From positions 1 through 64,000 of the forward strand of contig JAVRCJ020000002.1 in NCBI GenBank assembly GCA_034530875.2: a stretch of 64,000 nucleotides of DNA, in the 5' to 3' direction. Below the pieces are notes generated by a model that saw nothing but the letters and a program-made list of their open reading frames with translations, was not told the origin of the DNA and ran no database searches. This stretch comes from Nostoc sp. DedSLP01. Its GTDB lineage: Bacteria > Cyanobacteriota > Cyanobacteriia > Cyanobacteriales > Nostocaceae. Every line of letters starts with the position of its first letter. Position 1 is the first letter of the stretch. A program made the translations under genes and the position numbers. Of this stretch, positions 59,385 to 64,000 are shown in pieces.

Positions 59385-60515
59385 ATGGCCCGCGACTATT
59401 ATGAAATCCTGGGTGTCTCTCGTGACGCCGACAAAGAAGAAATTAAACAAGCTTATCGCCGTTTAGCCCGGAAGTATCACCCAGACGTGAACAAAGAAGC
59501 CGGGGCGGAGGAGCGCTTTAAAGAAATTAACCGCGCTTATGAGGTACTCTCGGAGCCAGAAACCCGCGCTCGTTACGATCGCTTTGGCCCAGAGGGTGTA
59601 TCGGGAGCTGGTGTAGGCTTCCAAGATATGGGTGATATGGGTGGCTTTGCCGATATCTTTGAAAGTATTTTTAGTGGTTTTGCTGGGGGTATGGGCGGCC
59701 CGACGCAACAACAAAGACGGCGCAGCGGCCCCGTGCGAGGCGATGACTTGCGGCTAGACCTCAAGTTAGACTTTCGGGAAGCAGTATTTGGCGGTGAGAA
59801 AGAAATCCGCATTTCCCATCTAGAAAATTGTGAAGTTTGTAGCGGTTCTGGTGCCAAACCAGGAACGCGTCCGCGTACTTGTTCGACTTGTAGCGGTTCC
59901 GGTCAAGTCCGTCGCGTTACCAGAACGCCTTTTGGTAGTTTTACACAAGTCTCTACTTGTCCAACTTGTAATGGTACAGGGATGGTAATTGAAGATAAGT
60001 GTGATGCGTGTGACGGGAAGGGCGCAAATCAAGTTACAAAGAAACTCAAAATTACCATTCCTGCTGGGGTGGATAATGGTACGCGTTTGCGGATTTCTAA
60101 TGAAGGAGATGCCGGTCAGCGCAATGGCCCTCCTGGGGATTTGTACGTTTACTTGTTCGTCAATGAGGACGAGCAATTCCAACGCGATGGCATCAATATT
60201 CTCTCGGAAATTAAAATTAGCTACTTGCAAGCAATTTTAGGTTGTCGGTTAGAAGTCGATACAGTAGATGGCCCAGTGGAATTGATTATTCCAGCGGGAA
60301 CGCAGCCGAATACAGTGATGAAATTGGAAAATCGCGGTGTACCCAGATTAGGAAATCCTGTAAGTCGCGGCGATCATCTGCTAACAGTATTAATTGATAT
60401 TCCCAACAAGGTGACCCCAGAGGAGAGGGAACTGTTGGAGAAGCTGGCTAAAATTAAAGGAGACCGTACTGGCAAAGGCGGTCTAGAAGGATTTTTGGGA
60501 AACCTGTTTAAGTAA
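59385..60515 (+). CDS. dnaJ: Class A chaperone DnaJ
   Basis: J-domain HPD, G/F region, four CxxCxGxG repeats. Confidence 0.97.
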   Translation: MARDYYEILGVSRDADKEEIKQAYRRLARKYHPDVNKEAGAEERFKEINRAYEVLSEPETRARYDRFGPEGVSGAGVGFQDMGDMGGFADIFESIFSGFAGGMGGPTQQQRRRSGPVRGDDLRLDLKLDFREAVFGGEKEIRISHLENCEVCSGSGAKPGTRPRTCSTCSGSGQVRRVTRTPFGSFTQVSTCPTCNGTGMVIEDKCDACDGKGANQVTKKLKITIPAGVDNGTRLRISNEGDAGQRNGPPGDLYVYLFVNEDEQFQRDGINILSEIKISYLQAILGCRLEVDTVDGPVELIIPAGTQPNTVMKLENRGVPRLGNPVSRGDHLLTVLIDIPNKVTPEERELLEKLAKIKGDRTGKGGLEGFLGNLFK

Positions 60516-60772
60516 TGAAGTCGTCTTCTATTTCAACTCCCGATGCTCAACTTGATTTGCGCGGCACCCCTTGCCCGATTAATTTTGTACGGACAAAACT
60601 ACGTTTAGAAAAAATGCCACAGGGAAGTTTGCTAGAAGTCTGGCTAGATCCAGGAGAGCCAATTGAGCAAGTTCCCGATAGTTTGACAATGGCAGGTTAT
60701 CAGGTGGAAAAAATTACAGACTGTAGTAATTATTTTTCCCTATTAGTACGTCGTCCAGCTAATAACCAATGA
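60515..60772 (+). CDS. TusA/SirA-like sulfur carrier protein
   Basis: LDLRGTPCP..FV.TKL.L; TAATG coupling to dnaJ. Confidence 0.88.
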   Translation: MKSSSISTPDAQLDLRGTPCPINFVRTKLRLEKMPQGSLLEVWLDPGEPIEQVPDSLTMAGYQVEKITDCSNYFSLLVRRPANNQ

Positions 60773-61881
60773 TAGCGGAAGCTTCTAGCGCAACTGGACA
60801 GTTATTAGGTACTGTGCTTGCAGTACAGGCTAATTTTTATCGAGTACAGCTAGATCGAGAGGATGGGGAGCAGAGGAGCAGGGGAGCAGAGGAGAAATTA
60901 GATTTAAATACCCCTCTGCCTTCCCTCCTTCTTTGTACCCGCAGAACACGGCTAAAAAAAATCGGGCAACAGGTGATGGTGGGCGATCGCGTTGTTGTAG
61001 AAGAACCAGATTGGGCTGGAGGACGGGGAGCGATTGCTGAAGTTTTGCCGCGTGAAAGTGAATTAGATCGTCCAGCGATCGCCAATGTCAACCAGATTTT
61101 ATTAGTATTTGCCGTCGCCGATCCGCCTTTAGAACCTTATCAATTGAGTCGGTTTTTGATTAAGGCTGAGTCTACTGGCTTGGATGTGCTTTTGTGCTTG
61201 AATAAAAGCGATTTAATTTCACAACAAGAACAACAGGAAATTAGCGATCGCCTTCTGGGTTGGGGTTATCAACCGTTATTTATCAGCGTTAAAAATGGCA
61301 TAAATATTGACCAAGCAGCCAGTTATCTCAGCAATAAAATTACTGTAATTGCCGGGCCTTCCGGTGTGGGCAAATCTAGCCTGATTAATTGGCTAATTCC
61401 TGATGCTAACCTGCGAGTGGGGGAGGTTTCTGGCAAATTAGCTCGCGGTCGTCATACCACCCGCCATGTAGAATTGTTTGAATTGCCCAGTGGTGGGTTG
61501 CTGGCGGATACACCGGGTTTTAATCAGCCAGACATGGATTGTAACCCAGAAGAATTAGTACATTATTTCCCAGAAGCAACAGAGAGATTAGCAGTTGCTA
61601 GCTGCCGATTTAGTGATTGTTTGCATCGCGATGAGCCTGAGTGTGCAGTGCGCGGAGACTGGGAACGATACGAACATTATTTGGAATTTTTGGATGCAGC
61701 GATCGCTCGTCAAACACACCTTCAACAACAAGCCGATCCTGAATCCACTTTGAAGTTAAAAACTAAAGGCAAAGGTCAGAGGCAATACGAACCGAAACTA
61801 GAAACTAAAAAATATCGCCGTGTTTCCCGAAAGACTCAGTTACAAGGGTTGCAACAGTTGTATCAAGAAAGCGAAGAGTAG
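60769..61881 (+). CDS. rsgA: Small ribosomal subunit biogenesis GTPase RsgA
   Basis: NKSD, GPSGVGKSS, RGRHTT, DTPG, CRFSDC.H..EP.CAV. Confidence 0.95.
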   Translation: MIAEASSATGQLLGTVLAVQANFYRVQLDREDGEQRSRGAEEKLDLNTPLPSLLLCTRRTRLKKIGQQVMVGDRVVVEEPDWAGGRGAIAEVLPRESELDRPAIANVNQILLVFAVADPPLEPYQLSRFLIKAESTGLDVLLCLNKSDLISQQEQQEISDRLLGWGYQPLFISVKNGINIDQAASYLSNKITVIAGPSGVGKSSLINWLIPDANLRVGEVSGKLARGRHTTRHVELFELPSGGLLADTPGFNQPDMDCNPEELVHYFPEATERLAVASCRFSDCLHRDEPECAVRGDWERYEHYLEFLDAAIARQTHLQQQADPESTLKLKTKGKGQRQYEPKLETKKYRRVSRKTQLQGLQQLYQESEE

Positions 61882-61949
61882 AAGCAGCTGTCAAAATAAT
61901 TCGTAATTCGGTTGCGATAGCATAGATACAAATAAAAAGATTCTCTTGT

Positions 61950-62708
61950 ATGTCTCAGCCCCTTGCCACCCCTAGTGTAAAAGATGCCACTGAGAGTATT
62001 ATTTTCCCACCAGGCGATATCTACAGTGATGAACCTCCTTTGGAATCTGATTTACACCGCGAACAAATTGATTTACTTATCCGCTTGATTAAGTGGTGGT
62101 GGCGCGATGCCTACGGCGGGCTAAGCCTACGCGAAAATTTTTATGCTACTGGTAACCTGACTATTTATTTCAGTCCTAAGCAAAAAAAGTCAGAAGAATT
62201 TCGGGGGCCGGATTTTTTTGTAGTTTTAGATACAGAAAAAAAAGACCGCAAAAGCTGGGTTGTATGGCAAGAAAACGGCAAATATCCCAACGTAATTATA
62301 GAACTGTTATCTGATTCCACAGCCTCCGTTGATAAAGGCTTGAAAAAGCAAATATACCAAAATACATTTCGGACTCCAGATTATTTTTGGTTTGATCCAA
62401 ATAACCAAGAATTACAGGGATTTCACTTAGTTGATGGGCAATATCAAGAAATTGAATTTACTGCTAAAGGTTGGTTGTGGAGTCAACAATTAGGGCTGTA
62501 TTTAGGAGTTGAGTCTGGGAAATTGCGCTTTTTTACACCAGATGGAGAGTTGGTGACGTTACCAGAAGAAGAAGCTAAAGAGCAGTTACAGCAAGCTAAC
62601 GAGCAGTTACAGCAAGCTAACCAAGAATTAGAACAAGAACGTCAACGGGCTGCAATATTAGCAGAACGTTTGCGAGCAGCAGGCATTGACCCTGAACAAA
62701 TATTCTGA
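61950..62708 (+). CDS. Uma2 family putative endonuclease with an in-frame 7-aa insertion
   Basis: SDEPPLES..H, GPDFFVV, PNVIIELLS.ST..VD...KK..Y; C-terminal coiled coil with a 21-bp tandem duplication. Confidence 0.9.
   Translation: MSQPLATPSVKDATESIIFPPGDIYSDEPPLESDLHREQIDLLIRLIKWWWRDAYGGLSLRENFYATGNLTIYFSPKQKKSEEFRGPDFFVVLDTEKKDRKSWVVWQENGKYPNVIIELLSDSTASVDKGLKKQIYQNTFRTPDYFWFDPNNQELQGFHLVDGQYQEIEFTAKGWLWSQQLGLYLGVESGKLRFFTPDGELVTLPEEEAKEQLQQANEQLQQANQELEQERQRAAILAERLRAAGIDPEQIF
62104..62132 (+). mobile_element. 21-nt SDR5-like element inserted in HIP1 within the Uma2 gene
   Basis: GCGAT[GCCTACGGCGGGCTAAGCCTA]CGC. Confidence 0.82.
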
Positions 62709-62809
62709 AAAGAGAGAATTTTATTTCTCAACTAGGCATAGAAAAATAGTGCTACGAACCAAACAATATCTGCTCGAGTCCGTTGAACAACCTCAGACTT
62801 AAAGATATC

Positions 62810-62850
62810 GCAGCCATGCCTACGGCGGACTACGCCGTAGGCATGGCTGC
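62810..62850. repeat. Perfect 18-bp stem hairpin containing an SDR5-like core
   Basis: GCAGCCATGCCTACGGCG-GACTA-CGCCGTAGGCATGGCTGC. Confidence 0.75.
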
Positions 62851-63175
62851 TTCAACTCAACTTCACCAGGTAAGGTAAAAGTAAAATTCTTCCATAGTTA
62901 GATGCTAAGCGAACCTGGGTAAAAAATAATTATTAAAATCCCAAGGCGCAAAAGTCATTAAAGGACTGTAACTGAGAAAGCCGATTTTTCCACTGCAACA
63001 AGCCAAGCAAAAAATACAACAAGAATGCCAGCGAGTCCAAGAGATTGGTACAAAGCTTTTAAATTAATTGAAAACTGATAGAAACCTACCTGACGATCCC
63101 CATAAAGTCTTAAAATACTGTTAATTTCTGCCACACTCCTCCACTTCAACTTATAAGTACCACCCCAAAATCACT

Positions 63176-64000
63176 ATGGCTATTGGCTATGTCGCGCTTG
63201 TACTCCATGCACATCTGCCCTTCGTTCGTCACCCAGAAAGTGACTATGTGCTGGAGGAGGAATGGCTCTATGAAGCCATCACAGAAACCTACATCCCGTT
63301 ATTGAAAGTATTTGAAGGCTTAAAACGAGACGGTATCGACTTTAAAATCACGATGAGTATGACACCACCTCTAGTGTCGATGCTTCGTGACCCGCTGTTG
63401 CAAGAACGCTATGACGCCCACTTAGCGAAATTAGAAGAACTTACAGAACTAGAAGTCGAGCATAATGCCCATAACGGGCATATTCGTTATTTAGCCGAAC
63501 ACTACGCCACTGAATTTAACGAAGCGCGTCAAATATGGGAACGCTACAACGGGGACTTGGTGACAGCCTTTAAGCAGTTCCAAGATACTAATAACCTAGA
63601 AATTATCACTTGCGGTGCTACCCACGGCTATTTGCCGTTAATGAAAATGTATCCGCAAGCAGTGTGGGCGCAAATTCAAGTAGCCTGCGAACACTATCAA
63701 GAAACTTTTGGACAAGCACCGAGAGGTATTTGGTTACCAGAATGCGCCTACTATGAAGGTGTAGAGCGAATGCTGGCAGATGCTGGTTTGCGCTACTTCC
63801 TTACCGACGGACATGGCATTCTTTACGCCCGCCCTCGCCCGCGCTTTGGTACTTATGCCCCGATTTTCACCGAAACAGGCGTTGCTGCCTTTGGTCGAGA
63901 TCATGAATCGTCTCAACAAGTCTGGTCTTCTGAGGTTGGCTATCCTGGGGCGGCAGAATATCGAGAATTTTACAAAGATTTGGGCTGGGAAGCAGAATAT
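63176..64000 (+). CDS. Glycoside hydrolase family 57 (branching-enzyme type), 5' part; runs off the window
   Basis: Read directly from sequence: MAIGYVALVLHAHLPFVRHP...EEEWLYEAITETYIPLL...ITCGATHGYLP...GIWLPECAY; open to the window end. Confidence 0.92.
   Translation, partial: MAIGYVALVLHAHLPFVRHPESDYVLEEEWLYEAITETYIPLLKVFEGLKRDGIDFKITMSMTPPLVSMLRDPLLQERYDAHLAKLEELTELEVEHNAHNGHIRYLAEHYATEFNEARQIWERYNGDLVTAFKQFQDTNNLEIITCGATHGYLPLMKMYPQAVWAQIQVACEHYQETFGQAPRGIWLPECAYYEGVERMLADAGLRYFLTDGHGILYARPRPRFGTYAPIFTETGVAAFGRDHESSQQVWSSEVGYPGAAEYREFYKDLGWEAEY

Noticed and set aside
62958..63149. 63-aa minus-strand ORF
   Set aside because: TTG start within the GH57 upstream region, no motif; cannot be supported

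Overview
64 kb of chromosome from a filamentous, probably heterocyst-forming (Nostocales-like) cyanobacterium, judged from abundant HIP1 octamers (GCGATCGC), heptameric STRR tandem repeats and gene content. In order: a CAAX protease converging on a C39-peptidase ABC exporter/HlyD/PPIase cluster headed by an IS630-type HTH gene, with no precursor peptide visible; the Cph1/AphA phytochrome operon; a B12-radical SAM enzyme; a TPS-collagen chimera; an ATPase plus STAND-WD40 pair; a copper copZ-pacS locus with a MerR-type promoter; a divergent cytosine deaminase and nucleoside hydrolase; TPR, ruvB, hisF and tRNA-Ala(GGC). Then an ~8 kb signalling cluster (PAS-REC, CheB-GAF lacking the catalytic Asp, a double-kinase hybrid, a kinase relic), DUF3038/DUF4335, DUF2997-ycf35-ferredoxin, a toxin-antitoxin patch, bioU, pilBTC, grpE-dnaK-dnaJ-tusA-like-rsgA, Uma2 and the start of a GH57 gene. 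Many MITEs and 21-27 nt mobile repeats are present, some inside HIP1 sites and in frame within genes. The best candidates for novelty are a highly structured ~230-nt element between dnaK and dnaJ, the signalling cluster next to tRNA-Ala, and the transposase-derived HTH gene heading the peptide exporter. No CRISPR array, rRNA or intact transposase/integrase was seen. Family names come from motif recognition by eye, not from database searches.
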